This document shows, piece after piece, positions 1-13,511 of a stretch of DNA of 64,000 nucleotides. The notes beneath the pieces were generated by a model that was not told the origin of the DNA, made no database searches, and saw nothing but the letters and a program-made list of their open reading frames with translations. Position numbers and translations under genes: made by a program. The stretch is from Chiloscyllium plagiosum. Taxonomy: Eukaryota. Each line of letters starts with the position of its first letter. Position 1 is the first letter of the stretch. The DNA is taken from contig NC_057718.1 of the NCBI RefSeq assembly GCF_004010195.1, forward strand, positions 83,774,624-83,838,623. The letters run 5' to 3'.

Positions 1-2570
1 TACCTGTCCAATTGCGTGCACAGGACAGCATGGAACTGAATTAATACCTCCTGATGTCTGGGAAATCAATTCCTTCCCATTGTTGCGGCAACTGCAACTT
101 AGTAAATTTGAGGGGCCGCCCAAGACACCAGACGAAGAAACTAAACCAACCCATACGTTTCCCCAACATTGACCTGGGAAACAACATAGGGAGCATATGC
201 ATAGGATAAAGCAAACGATGGAGGATATTCATCTTAAGGGCTATTTGGCCGAACCACGAAATTGGAAGAGCCTCCCATCTCTGAAGAACTTGCCTAATAT
301 TGTCGAGCAGGTGAGTAAAATTAGGCCAAAATAACCAATCAAAACATGGGGGTAATAATAGCTCGGTATCAGAAACCCGCCAGTGACCACTTAAAGGGGA
401 ACCTCAGGCCACCTTCAACCTCTGGCGCTTCCTTTAGGTCCCCCAAAGGCGTAGCCTCTGACTTTGCAAAGTTGATCTTATCTTGAAGTAGCCCCAAAGA
501 ATTAATACTTTGTATCAGATGGGGTATGGACGTCATGGGGTTCGATTTAAAAACAGAAGAACATCATCTGCATACAGTGTAATCTTGTGTACCCTTGATC
601 CCACTTCTGGAGCGGTTATGTGGACGTTCTGACGAATGGCCTCTGCCAGTGGCTCTACCACCAACATAAACAATAGTGGTGAGGGGGGCCAGTTTTGCCA
701 ACACCCCTACCAATCCTAAAATTCCCAGGTTTCACCCTGTTGGTGATGTCTGCGGCCAGAGGGTGGCAAGATAAAACCTCCACCCACCCAGCAAAGACCC
801 CGCCCGATCCAAACTACTCTAGGACGTAAAAGAGATGGCTATTCCACCCGGTCAGTTGCTTTCTCTGCATCTAAGGAAATCATGAACCTCTGGATCGATC
901 GTTGCTGACATGCTTAGGTCATATTCAGCAACCTTCTAATATTATTAGAAGAACTACAGCTCCTGATAAAACCTGTCTGGTCCTCTTTGACAATATAGGG
1001 CAACAGCTTTTCCGATCTCCGTGCCAAAATCTTAGACAGAATCTTGAATTGTGAATTTAATAGAGAGATGGGGGCACAGTCCTCAGGAACCTTCCCCTTC
1101 TTAAGAATTAAGGAAATATTAGCTTCTCTCAAAGATGGCGGTAGGCATTCAAGCAAACAGGAGTGATTATACATTTCCAGCATCAGCCCTGACAGAATCC
1201 CTGACATAAACTCCTTGTAAAAATCATCTGGGAGACCATCAGGATCAGGCAGTTTCCCACCCTGAAGTTGCCTATCTGCCTCCTGTATTTCCTGAACTGT
1301 CAAGGGGGCATTAAGGAGAGAGACCTATTTCAGGGTTACGTTCGGGAGGTCCAGGCTCTTAAAAAAGGTTTCCATCTTGGCCCTCCTATCCTCTCAACCT
1401 TCAGACCAATACAGTTCAGAGTAAAAACTCTGAAAGCCTCGTTTAATCCTTTTGGCATTGTACGTAGGGACCCTGGCGCTATCTCTAACTCTAGTAATGG
1501 ATTGGGGAGCACGCTTTTTCCTAGTTAAGCTAAATACTTCCCTGGCCTATCCCCATACTCGACCAGCCTTTGTCTAGCAAAAGCAAGTTCTTTCTTTGCG
1601 GATTGTGTAAGTACTGAATTCCAGGCAGCCTGTGATCCACTGTGGCTTGGTCACCAAAGGTCTTGCAAAATGTGCCCCCTTAGTGGCTTCAGCTGCATCT
1701 CAAGTAGACACTGCTGTTCCCCCTTCTTTCGTTTCTGGCTAGCTGAATAGGAAATAGCTGATCCCCGAGCAAAGGCCTTAGCGGTCTCCCATAGTAAAGA
1801 TGGATACTAGCTGTTCCTGAGTTGATAGTCAAGAATTCCTGGTACTCCTTGAAAAGGTATTCCACAAATTTGGAATCTTTTAAGGAGAAAAAGATCCAGA
1901 TGCCAGTGCCGCAAACCTAGCCTCTCGCTCTTGGCCTTAACCTCCAAATATACTGCCATATGATCAGAGATAGCTATGTTTCCAATTTTACAACCCACAA
2001 TCGAATCCAGAAGGGTCAAGGGAACCAAAAAAACTCAATTCTTGTGTGATATTTATGTGGGCTTGAATAAAAGGTGAAGTCCCTGCCGGTAGGGTGAAGA
2101 CCTCCAAATGTCCAGCAGCCCCAACACCTCGCCTAAGTCAACCACCTGCTTGGCCTGTGAAGAAATTGTTGGGGGCCCACTAGGTATCCTGTCTACTGTT
2201 GGATCCAAAAGGCAATTGAAATCCCCTGCGATAATAATGTGCCGTGCTCCAAAAGCACTCAACTTACAAAAAGCACTAATTAAAAATTTGAGGGGATGCG
2301 CCAGAGGACAGTAGACATTTAAAATACTGCGTTCCTCCCATGTTTCAGGGCCTTGAGCATCACAAACCGCCTTTGCTCACCTTTCACCTCCTCTAATAAT
2401 GTGAACGGAAGCTTTTTCTGGATAAGTATCGCCACTCCCCTACTTTTTAGTAGTAAAGGATGAAAAGAATACCCAATCATAACCCCCTGTTGTAACTTCA
2501 GGTGTTCCCCATCCTCCAGATCGGTTTCCTGCCACAGGACAATGTCAACCCTTTCCCTCTTCAGGCTAGA
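1..2570 (-). pseudogene. L1 ORF2p (APE + RT), disrupted
   Basis: ORF-track fragments 2053-2262, 1807-2028 and 914-1303 carry APE/RT motifs in different frames. The YADD region is near 560-580. Confidence 0.88.
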
Positions 2571-3311
2571 AAATGTTTTTTTTTCTTTTCAAGAGGTGAA
2601 TAACGTTCCTTGATGTTCCAGGTGCACCATTTAACAGAGATCCTTGAACACCCGGGTGGAAAACCCTGCTTGCAGTGTGCCAAGCACAAGTAAATGGAGA
2701 CTCAGAGTCGCAAAGTTGTGTATACAAAAACAGCTCTATCATAACTGCAAACAACTATTGCTACCAAAAACTGCAAAGAAAACCAACTGTAAAACCTTGA
2801 ACGGCAGAGTTCTGCCCCCCCCTCCCCCATAGGGCACACTCACCCTACCCATCTCCTTCTGCACAGCTCCTTCAGGCCCAGAACTGCTTTAGGCAAAAAC
2901 AAGTAAATAAACAAGGAAATTATCCTTAAGTCAACAAAGGATGACAGTCAGGATAAGCACTTTGCCCATTCCCAGCTCCATGTCACCTCTACTTCTGACT
3001 AAAAGAGAAAAAGTTTTTAAAAAAAGGGTAAACTACCAAGGGCCCCCACAAAATTTCCCCAAGATAATATTCTATTATAAAAATATTGCAGGAACAACAT
3101 AGGAACTTGCACTTGTTATTTTCTGATCTGGAACTTTCTTGAACTTCAGCAGTTTTGGAAAATGTAATCCAGGACATCAACCATCATATTAGCCACTTCT
3201 TTTAAGACAACGTAGGAAAGAGGGTAAAAAAAGGGAAAACACAGGGAAAGAAGGAAAAGATAATTTTCATTAACCGTATTCTTCAGAACAATCCGTCTAT
3301 TTTTAAAGTGT

Positions 3312-4127
3312 CTACAAAGTTCTTGGCTTTTTCTGCCAAGTCAAACGTACAAACTGAGTCCTCGTGGCTGAAACGGAGCACCACGTGGTCCTCATGGAGT
3401 ACTGGATGCCCAGGTTATTCAGCCTCTTTTTAACTTCATTGAATGACTTCCTCTTTTGAATTAAAGCTGCTGAAAAATCCTGGAAAAACATGATTTTTGA
3501 TCCCTTGTGCAGCAGTGGCTGTGAATCTTCCCTCAGTAATCTGGAGGCTTCTGTCACTCTTTGCTTGTCCCTGTATGTGAGGAAGTGCACGAGGACTGGG
3601 TGGGGGTGCTGTACCGGCCCAGACCTGCGCATGACCACCTGATAAGCCCTTTCAATGTGCAGCCATTCGGATTTGATTTGAAGGCCCAGGAACTGTGGCA
3701 GCCATTGTTCAAAGAAACTGACTGGCTGTCCACCTTCTTCACTCTCCGAGAGCCCAACAATCCGAAGATTCGTCCTTCGACCTGATCTTGCAAAGCCCAC
3801 ACTTCCTGTTCTAGTACCTGGACGAGGACTCGATCGCCGCTTCAGAGGCCATGGCCATGGTGCAACCTTCCACCACCTCCACCTGCTCCCCAAGGCCCTG
3901 GAGCTCCCGTTCATGCTTCCGCAACATGGACGCGATGAACCTGGGCATGGATCTCCTTGATCGCAGCCTCGACCTTTGTGGTAAGTCTCACCATCGCTGC
4001 TGCTAATTCCTGAGAATCTGTCAGGTCCCCTGGGGGTTTGGGAGAGGATGCTGCTGTGGCCTTTGAGGTGCCCAGTGCTACAGGGGAGTCCTCCTTGCTG
4101 CTGTTTTCCTTTTGGTATCCTGCCCAC
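3312..4127 (-). pseudogene. L1 ORF1p (RRM/CTD), frameshifted N-terminal half
   Basis: RRTNLRIVGLSESEEG...HIERAY...VLVHFLTYRDKQRV...KIMFFQDFSAALIQKRKSFNEVKKRL matches the vertebrate L1 ORF1p pattern. Confidence 0.88.
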
Positions 4128-5324
4128 TCCAAATTGTCAACGAATATGTGTTCTTCAAGATTTAAAATGAATAATTCCCCATGTAAGCTGACCAGGGATG
4201 GTACAAACATGAATATGCCTTGGCTGTTAGGCAGAGCTGTCCATGGCAGTTTTACTGAATCACTGCCATCTTGCCAAGTCCCACTCTCAAATCTTATTAG
4301 TGACTGAAGTCCGGCTAACTAGAGTTTGGTTTCTTGTCTTCTGCTTCCCTCCCTCCTTAAACAGGGATGTTACATGACCCTTTTTAGCCAAAAAACATAT
4401 GGCTATACATAAGTGATAAGTCAGAAGATTAGACAGACAGTTTTTTTTTTTAAGAACAAGTAAGCAATGACTTGATATGAGAGAAGAATTGGAGTTCAAG
4501 ACAAAGCTCGTTAGAAATACAAAAAACAAATGGTAAGAGCTTTAAAAGCAATTTGGAAAGAACAAATGAGCATAAGCTTGATAGAATGTGAATCTAACAA
4601 ATTAATGATGGAAAATAAGGGGATGATAGATGAGTTGAACAGGTATTTTGCATCAGTCTTCCCTGTGGAGGATAAATAACATGTCAGAATAACTGTAAAT
4701 AAGAAAATGAAAGGGAGCAAGGAGCTCAAGAAAATTACGATTGCCAGGGAATTTGAACAAAGTATTTGTGCTATGGGCTGACAATACCTGGGGCCTGATG
4801 AACTTAGTCTGAGGATCTTAAAGGAAGTGGCTAATATAATGGTTCATGTCCTGGATTACATTTTCCAAAACTGTTGAGGTTCAAGAAAGGTTCCGTTAGA
4901 TCAGAAAATAACAAGTGCAAGTCCCTTCCTTCAAAAGGGAAGGAGACCGGAGGCATGAAACGATGGGCCAGTTAGCTTAATAGTGGTAATATTGAAGATG
5001 TTAGCAGTTATATTTAAGACGTTGCAGCAGGGCACTTAATGCTTAATTCAAGGCTACCATGTGGAGTCGATTTTTTTTTTGTGAGCAAGGGAAATAATGT
5101 TTTTAATCTGTCTACTGGAATTATTTGAAGAGGTAACATGATGTGAATAATTGGGAACTGGTGGGTGTACATGGATTTCTACAAGGCATTAGAAAGGTGT
5201 CATGGAAAATATTATGCTGGACTATCAAATGGAAGAGAAGGACAACTGGCGAGTGAACAGGAAGGAGTGGTTGGAAATGGGTCATTTTTCAGGTTGGCCA
5301 TGTGTAACAGATGGTGTGACATGC

Positions 5325-7655
5325 TGTTGCAACCATAAAAAGTTGAAGGCACTCAGATCCTGGGTGAAGTTTCCTAATTTATCCCAGACTGGATACCCCA
5401 AATTGTTAATCTTCTGGGTGAGAAGGGGTGAACTAGCTCCCTTGGGTTATTTATTGACTTGCCCCTCTGTTGGCTCTCATGAGGTTAGTTTAATAAGGAT
5501 CATTTCTTCGTGTTTACCTATCTCAGACTGAAATTACCTTGTCTTATAAATGGAACCAAACTTAACCAGGCTTTTTTGATTTAACAAGACAAAACATGAG
5601 AAGTAGTAACAGAATACACAGATGTTAAATAGGGAATAAGTCCAAAAAGATAGAGTTAAAGACGCAGAACAATGTTTGTTTGATGTTTGAAGAACGAGCA
5701 TGAAGACGTTTCAACTATTATTGGATGGCAACAGTAGCTGGACATTGGCAGTTGAGTGGTCAGTCTTGAGATTCTTGGTTTTGCATGTTGGTTAAAATTA
5801 TTATCGAACTGGCTACCTGCACTCAGTGGAAGATAGTGATTGTTTTTTCCTTTTACTCGCTATGAAGTGTTGTCTAAATGCCTGTTCTCAAAGTTGTGAC
5901 CCTTGAAGTTAACAACACACACAGGTTAATGTTGCAGTCAATTTTAAACCTCTTTTATATTCCTGGATGGTAAAACAGATGTGTTGGCAAGAGGCAGTTT
6001 TGTATTCAGGGGGAGGGTTGTCAGCCTCCTTGTTATCACTAAAATAAAAACCAAAGGACTATGGATGCTGGAAATGTGAAACATAAAAGAGAAAGTCCTG
6101 GAGCAGTCCAGGTCTGGCAGCATCTCTGCAGAGAGTAACAGACTACTTGCGTTTCAAGTCCAGTGACCCTTTGTCAGAAAATAGTTTGGAAATCACTCTT
6201 CACTTTGTCCTCTGCCTCGTAATCCCCACAACATGACTATCATAAATTGACCCCTTTCCCAGCTATTTTTAGTGCTGACCAAGGGCCACTGGATTCGCGT
6301 ATTCTTTCTGCAGATCCTTCCAGACATGTTCAGTTTCTCCAGCACTCTTTTTCTCTTCATTATCTCCTCTCTTCTAAGTATTTTCTGTGTTTGAACTTGG
6401 CCTGACACTTAACAAATGTGATATTGCAATGGCTTCACACAGGCCGGACAGTGACTGAATTTATAGCTCTGGAGTGTTTTTTCCTCCTGTTGCAATTCAT
6501 AATTCACGTTCTTTAAAGAACAAACACATGTTGCATTAAAAAAACTTAACAAGTGTTTGTAAGTACTTGGGGGTTCTGATCTGTAATTGTAAGGTTGCTC
6601 CTATGTAATGAACAGTCCCCATTGTCATGCAAAGGCTGGGGGAGAAATAAACATGTTTGAGTACATATTTCTTTCATCTGTCCTTCACTCCGTCCCTCTT
6701 ATTGGGTCTAAGTTCTGGACAGTTTATTGGCAACATTAGTAATTTTAAGTGATATAGTTGAAAAAACAAGTTACATTGGATGTCTTGGATCTTTGTACAA
6801 ACTTTTCCACAAAAGTTTAATGGATTATTACAGACTGCAGTGTCTGTACCCATTTTGGACAAAAACATCTCTTTGTAAGCCAATAATAAACTAAGGATTT
6901 CCTTTATCTGCTGTGGAGTGTAGCTTCAATGTTTGTTTTAATATTTTGGAAAAGTATAGGATACTTGATTGTTATCTCTATTTGGGATTAGTCTTCCTTC
7001 TGAATGGGCTACTTCAAATACCTGGTTATAGTTGGGAGCTGCAAGTACAAGCTTGCTTATGAAAAATGGCCTTCAAGTTTTCAAAAGTTCCCTGGCATTC
7101 CTCAGTCCATACTAGCTGTGTTTTTTTTTTCTGTAGCAGGTCCATCAGTGGCTTTGGTCCAAATTTCAGCACAAACTTTCAAAAGAACTTTACATTCCCA
7201 TCTCTTATTGAGTGCTGCCAGCCGTTTTAAAAGGAATCGAGACAAAGGCATTTTGATCAAACCACAAAAGCAAGAATCTTGACATGAACTGCCAATGTAA
7301 ATGCGACTAGTGCCTTCTAACAATGGCTACAATACCTTCGTACAGGATCTTCATGAACAATTCAGAGACTGAGCGATAGTCTTTTTAAAAAGGTTTTTTG
7401 GAATTGCTTCTTAGTATTTTGTGTGTTTATTTTTGCTTGTGCTTAGCAATTAATAAACCTGCTTTATTGTTCATTTCAAGAAGGTTGACTCCTTTTTGTT
7501 TGAAACCCAAGGAAATGGGTATCCATAAGGAAAGATTTCTTTTTCTTGAATCTTTTTGCTATAATCTGAGGTTGGGGTGAATGACCAAGGGAACCAGTTC
7601 ATCCCTCCTCACCCAAAAAGTTTGATTTGGAGTGTCTTTCTGAAACTGTAGCAAA
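5325..7655. mobile_element. Possibly two related LTR-like elements in opposite orientation
   Basis: 5411-5445 (cttctgggtgagaaggggtgaactagctcccttgg) is an imperfect reverse complement of ~7586-7620. AATAAA lies near 7452. The block interrupts the CR1. No TSD resolved. Confidence 0.3.
6040..6365. mobile_element. Decayed inverted pair of PLE termini
   Basis: gatgctggaaat...ggtctggcagcatct...cgtttcaagtccagtgaccctttgtcag resembles the PLE end at 62935-63065. An inverted partner lies at ~6270-6355. Confidence 0.65.
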
Positions 7656-7681
7656 TGAAAAAACCTCATCTGGGCTTTTTT

Positions 7682-7992
7682 TTAGATTAGATTAGATTAC
7701 TTACAGTGTGGAAACAGGCCCTTCAGCCCAACAAGTCCACACCGCCCCGCCGAAGCGCAACCCACCCATACATTTACCCCTTACCTAACACTACGGGCAA
7801 TTTAGCATGGCCAATTCACCTAACCTGCACATCTTTGGATTGTGGGAGGAAACCGGAGCACCTGGAGGAAACCCACGCAGACACGGGGAGAACGTGCAAA
7901 CTCCACACAGTCAGTCACCTGAGGTGGGAACTGAACCCGGGTCTCTGGCGTTGTGAGGCAGCAGTGCTAACCACTGTGCCACCGTGCTGCCC
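7682..7992 (-). mobile_element. tRNA-derived V-SINE (HE1-like)
   Basis: Minus strand begins gggcagcacggtggcacagtggttagcactgctgcctcac (A box), has B box gggttcagttcc, a central V-domain (tgtggagtttgcacgttctccccgtgtctgcgtgggtttcc) and a (TCTAA)n tail. Confidence 0.92.
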
Positions 7993-9371
7993 ACAAGCTT
8001 GGGGTCTGGGCATAATGCAGTTATATAAATTTAGTTTGACGAAGAGATTGTAAGTATAGTTGCTAATTATATCTTCAAAAGGAAGTTGTGAGGACCCAAA
8101 AAGGCTCCATAGGGTTAGATTAAGTAAGTGGGCAAAAACCTAAAAGATGAGATTATATTGTGGGGAAATATGAAATTGTCATGTGAAATATTTGAAGGAG
8201 GAATTTAAAAACCATTACAAATAATGAGGTTGGAGAGCTCTGAGATGCCGAAGAATCTCATGTGCTATTTCAAAATCACAAAATTCAACAACATGCTGGT
8301 ACAGCATGTAACCAGGAAAGCAAATAGAATATTTGTTTTATTGTGAGGGGAATTTAGTTCCCAAGTAGGAATGTTGAGCTGCAGTTATAAAGGGCATTGA
8401 GCCCACATCTAGAGTGCTGTACACAGTATTTGTTTCCTCTTTTAAAAAAAAAAGTACAAATTCATTGGAAGCAGCTCTGAGAAGATTTACCAGACAAACA
8501 CTTGGAATTGGTGGTTTACGAATAAAGGTAGGACAAGCGAGACTTGCATCCAAATAAGTTTAGAATAGCAAGAGATGACTTGATTGAAATTTACAATATC
8601 ATGGGGAGTCTTGATACAATAGATGTATAATATTCTGTAGTGTGTGTGTATTTAACAGCATCCTCTCTTTTCAATCACCAACCCAAATGCTATCATCTCC
8701 AAGTCCTCTAGACTCTATCCTTGATTGCTGTTTGATTGAAACTACCCGAACCACAGGGTCTGCTTATACATAGATATTAACGTTTTTACACTCTGACCAC
8801 CATTCTTACCTTTTCAGTTGTTTCTGTGTTGTCAAACTGCGTGTTGGTCATGGCTTTGTGCAGCTTATTGAAGCCATTTTCTTCAGCCATTTTCTTCAGT
8901 AGTGTTGAGACTTCTCACTAATTTTACCCTCCTCTGGTCTGCATCTCTCTGTAGATTCTCCCTCAGCCATTGTGTACTTTATGGCCATATGGCTCAATTG
9001 CCCCTGCTTGTTATAAATCTGTCATCCCACTATCAGGCAGTGTCTTTGGAATTTCATCTAAAACCTCTTCAGTACAAAATCCCTTCCCTTTTTGTTTTGG
9101 ACTCTACCCCTTCCTTTTCCTTTGCTTTCAAAACACTTGTGCTGTACAATCCTTTTATCCCTTTCTTGAACCCCACCCTCTCTTCTGTCCTCTTCCCAAA
9201 ATGACATGCAATTTGATTCTGTATTTGGTGATTTTAGGATAGATGGCAACTCTGTGAAGGAGGTAGGTTTTAAGAAACAAATTAACTGCAGACAGTGTTT
9301 TGGAGGGAATTCAGTGTGTAGCACCCCAGCTGACAATGTTGACTGATCTCGGGGAGTTGATAATGAAATGT

Positions 9372-9699
9372 TGAGTTCTTTTTCTCCTGAGATTCCTTAA
9401 ACACTTGATGCAACAGCTACATGCAACTTACATGAACAAGCAAAATTTATTAAGCACAGTTCAGTACAAGCTTTGGAGAAACCCTGAACACCTTTGCCAT
9501 GCTTGCGAGTCGTGTCCAAGGGTTTGACTCTGGAGGAATCTTTTAATACACGCCTCGCAGGGCTTACAGGGTCATGGCAAAAGCTCTCTCTGAACAAAGG
9601 AAACTGTCCTTCCTTTATACCAAATCTTTACATCACAGCTAGTAATCCTCACAAGACAACCCCCAGTCAGTCCCTCACAGTCACATGCTACGTAAGACA
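9372..9699 (-). mobile_element. Solo LTR (328 bp)
   Basis: TG...CA termini and 4-bp TSD ATGT (9368-9371 / 9700-9703). On minus, TATAAA (~9614) lies upstream of AATAAA (~9447). Confidence 0.7.
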
Positions 9700-12600
9700 A
9701 TGTAATGTAACCATAGGGGAGTAGTTAAATTCCAACTGCAATGTTCTTTTATTGATCTGAGTAGGGGATGAAAGTGTAAATGGGCTGTTGAATGGCAAGG
9801 AAATAACCATTTTAAGTTTATGTACATTCTACTTGTAGAACAGAGGCATCCCACTTTGCCCCAGGGGCATTCAGTTTCTTGCAGGTCAGTGGAGCAAATT
9901 AACTCTTTAATATCACTGAGGTGTGAGGCTTTGGGGTTGTTTAAAATGATGAATGAGAGCCATGTTCATAGCAAGTACAAGATGGGAAATTGGCTACAAG
10001 AACATGGTTTCCTTTTAGATTTGCCTCTTCCAAAGGCAGGAATGAGCCGAGGCAAGGATGAAATCAATGAAAGTAGGTTACCTTAGTACTCGAGCAGATA
10101 AATGTTTGGAAACTTCTCTGGAGTTGAAATGTGATACCAAGGTTTTGAATGTTCTAGTTCAGCCTCGATAGGTGCCAGGGAGCACATTAGGATTGGCTTG
10201 GGAATGCAGGTTTTTTTTAAATGAGGCACTGAAAATGAGGGCTTCAGTCTCTGCACCATTTAGTTAGAAGAAATTTAGTTCAGAGCTATATTGGGCAAGT
10301 AGTGGGACAAATTAGAGACACTTGAGGTATGTAGGGATACTGAGAGAGCTTTTACTTCACTCTTTCGTGTGTGTGGAGCCCGATGTGTGTTCAATTGGAT
10401 GTTGACAAGGGGTAGAATATAGATGAGAAATAGGATGGGTGGAGGTAAGGATAAATCTTTTTTGGGGGGCCTCAAGAAGTAATAGTTCTGGACTAGGCAA
10501 CTGGAATATATTGTTTAATGTAATAGAATTGACATTGTGAACTCAGGGTAATATTAAATGAACAATAATGCTTGACTGCTGAGGTGAGGTTCTGACTCTA
10601 CACCCAGGCTATTATCAAGATTGCTTGCTTCCACCTCCTTGCACCTGACTTAGATTCAGCAGCAGATTAGGAAATCAGTCATCTGTGCCTTCCATCCTCC
10701 AGTTTAAGTAACTTTATAAAGACTTTGAGCTCGTTCAAATCTTTGTTCCTTACTGCTCACCAAGTATTGTTCACGCAGTGCTCCTATTTGCATCTTCAGT
10801 TAGTTCAGTCTGGTGTCTCACTTCAAAACATTTTTATCATTGTAGATCCGCCCATAGTCTTGTGTCTCTGTTATCTCAGTAACCTTTTGTAACTGAACAC
10901 TGTTGGATAGTTGCTCTTCTCCAATTCTAGTAGTTGTGTTTACGATTGCCAAGATCCAAAACTTTGAATTTCCTTCCCTACGTCTATATTTAACTGGTTT
11001 CAGTTAAGATGCATATTTAAGAGTTGACTGATCCAGTTACATTTTAACCATGTCTTGTAAGCTTTGTGTTTTGTTTTAACCCCCAACCCTTTTTCCCCCT
11101 TTTCAAAAGTCTGCCTGTTCTGTGTTCTCCAAGTGGATCATTTAATTTTAAATGCCAAATGTTGCACTTGTGTGGAGAATTCAGAGGGTGCTACGTTGAA
11201 TTGAATTGTTAACAGAACAAGGTCATTTGCCTCACTGTCTGTCATTTCTCTGTAATATTACTTGATCACTTAATGCTATTTCTTTGCATTTTCCCTGCAG
11301 CCCTACAATAATATGGGTGGGAGGGAAAGGGGGAATCACGCCAATACACCAATATAATGGCTACAAGAGCAGGTCAGATACTTGGGAATTTTGAGGCGAT
11401 TTAACTTGCCTGATTCATAAAGCTGCTTACTATTTACAAAGCACAGTTAGGAGTGTGACAGAATACTCTTCACTTGCTTGCATAAGTGCACTCCAACAAC
11501 ACTTAAGCTTGACCCCATCAAAGATTGAATTGAATGATTTATTATCCTGTGTATTTTACAGTGAATAACACTGAAATAGTGAAAAGCATTAACTATCACC
11601 ACAATCCGATGGCATTTTGAATAGTTTAAGAATAAAAAGAGTAAGAAGATACAAGTTAACAAGAATCTATCTTCGTTTTGCTGCCTCCACCATGAGTTCT
11701 GAGCAGGCTGACCAGTGACACCTGTGATACTATCCATCCTTCACCTCAGAACCAATGCCTATCAGAACCACCAATGTAGGAGTTGCCACTCTCTTTTGGC
11801 GTTAGCCTTCTGAACATCAACATAAAGTGATCTGTGCAGGAAATCACTCGAATTATGCCTCGGATAAACTTGCATCCTGTATACCCATGTTATTGAAGGG
11901 CCCTTTCGACATTCCATCTTGTGTAATGTTGTAACTCCTCTTTTGTTAGCTCTCTTGGACCATTTTTTTGTATTCTCCTTCCAATTTTCCTCTCCATGTA
12001 CAGGCATGCAAACTTTGTTTTACCCCTTGAACCTATTGAGGTCCTCCTTTTTTAACAATCTCAGGAGCAGTATTCTCAACAACTGTTATTTTGTCATTAT
12101 TTTGTCTTTATTTTTAAACTGAGGACTGACCTCCGTAATCTCCTTCCTGTCTTCCTCATCTGATCCACCAATCACGTTTTTTAGATTCGGTCAACTATAC
12201 ATCAATCATCATGTTCCAGATTGTCAGTTTACTGACTGTCACCCATGTTATTTTAGCTAATTGTGGAATTCAGGCTTCGATTGAGACTTGACTCTTGGAT
12301 AGTGAAACCATGTTCTTTTATTAAAGATTGTCTACCTGGTTTTAGGACCGGCATCTACTGTGCACAATTGGCTGGATATGTGTGTGGCTGTAGTCGTGAC
12401 GTCAAACCATCGGTTTTTGCACCTACTTATCAATTCAGATCATTGCTACATTCTTGTCCTGACACTACTTTTGAAATTCATTTCTTCACCTGTGCACTTC
12501 CTAACCCCCCTATTTGTTTCCAAAATTTCTTGTTTCCTGTTTCGGACTGTGTACTGAAGAACTTATCTCCTTGTTGATTGGAACCTCCATCTTCGTTTCG

Positions 12601-13289
12601 ATTTTCTTGGCATCTCACTTCAGATTTCCCTATTTTCCCCCCTAAGTCTTGCTTTTATCTGGTATCTCTAAACCTGTAGTCCTTTTGAGTGTGCTGTATT
12701 CTGCAGCTTTTTAATCACTGACAAAGCCATCTCCTGAACGCGCTCATCACCAGATCCTCTGCATTTGCTCTTAGGGAGCAGCTTTCCACATGTCGATTAG
12801 AACTGAAATTTTAATCTTTCAACTTTTGACCTTCGCCTTCATTAATTTGCTGAATGACATTCTCGTGTCAACGTATTGAGATCCTTGACTTTATTGAAAC
12901 CATTGCTATCTCCTATTTTGTTCGTTAGCCTTGATATGCTCCCTCGCTGTGGTGCAGCATTAAAAATCCTGAACAACTGTCTCATTTCTCCATCAGCGTT
13001 TCCACTGGACCACATTGTTATGTTGGGCCTTATTTTCTTTCACCTAAAATGGCATTTTATGCCAGAATTATATGCAACATTGAAATATAGCCCTCCAACT
13101 TAATTTCTTCATCGTTAGTTATCATAATAGAACAGTGTCCTTCCTCTTCCTCAAGAACAAATCTGAGAAATCCATCTTCTGCTGCCTGCGCATTTGTGGC
13201 ATCTCACTTTTGTATGCTTGATAACTCAAACCTCCTCTTGATAGCCCTGAATTTATGTCTCTACCTTCTTTGTCAACTTCCTCATCAGA

Positions 13290-13511
13290 GCCAAAAGTGA
13301 GGACTACAAATGCCGGAAACCAGAGTTGTGTGTTGTGCTGGAAAAGCGCAGCAGGTCAAGCAGCATCCGAGGAAGAGGACAATTGATGTTTGGAGCAAGA
13401 GCCCTTCATCAGGAAAGAGCATGCCGATGAAGGGGTCTTGTCCGAATCGTTGATTCTCTTGCTCCTCCGATGCTGTCTGACCTGCTGTGCTTTACCAGCA
13501 CCACACTCTAG
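13290..13511. mobile_element. Palindromic mini-PLE insertion
   Basis: Inverted arms with decayed hammerhead cores at the centre. 14-bp TSD ACTTCCTCATCAGA (13276-13289 / 13512-13525). Confidence 0.85.

Larger units (their letters stand above)
1..4282 (-). mobile_element. L1-clade LINE with 5' end retained, decayed, running off the window start
   Basis: On minus: short 5'UTR with CAAGATGGC (YY1-like, 4265-4273), ORF1, ~700 bp spacer, then ORF2 fragments: APE endonuclease (IIIAGDFN, ISDH) and RT (EANISLILKKGK, PISLLNSQFKILSKILA, DQTGFI). Confidence 0.92.
4420..8630 (+). mobile_element. Old CR1 LINE remnant in two pieces (~4420-5324 and ~7995-8630), split by later insertions
   Basis: Degenerate CR1 ORF2 nucleotide motifs (aggatcttaaaggaagtggcta, ggatttctacaaggcatt, gagtgctgtacacagtattt) are collinear across the interruption. 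Confidence 0.7.

Noticed and set aside
7920..7992. tRNA gene (also 25247-25310 and 52232-52300)
   Set aside because: The A/B boxes belong to SINE heads that continue into a V-domain and tail.
11738..12030. Unassigned sequence with ORF 11762-12007
   Set aside because: No recognisable motif, flanked by repeat remnants, cannot be classified by eye.
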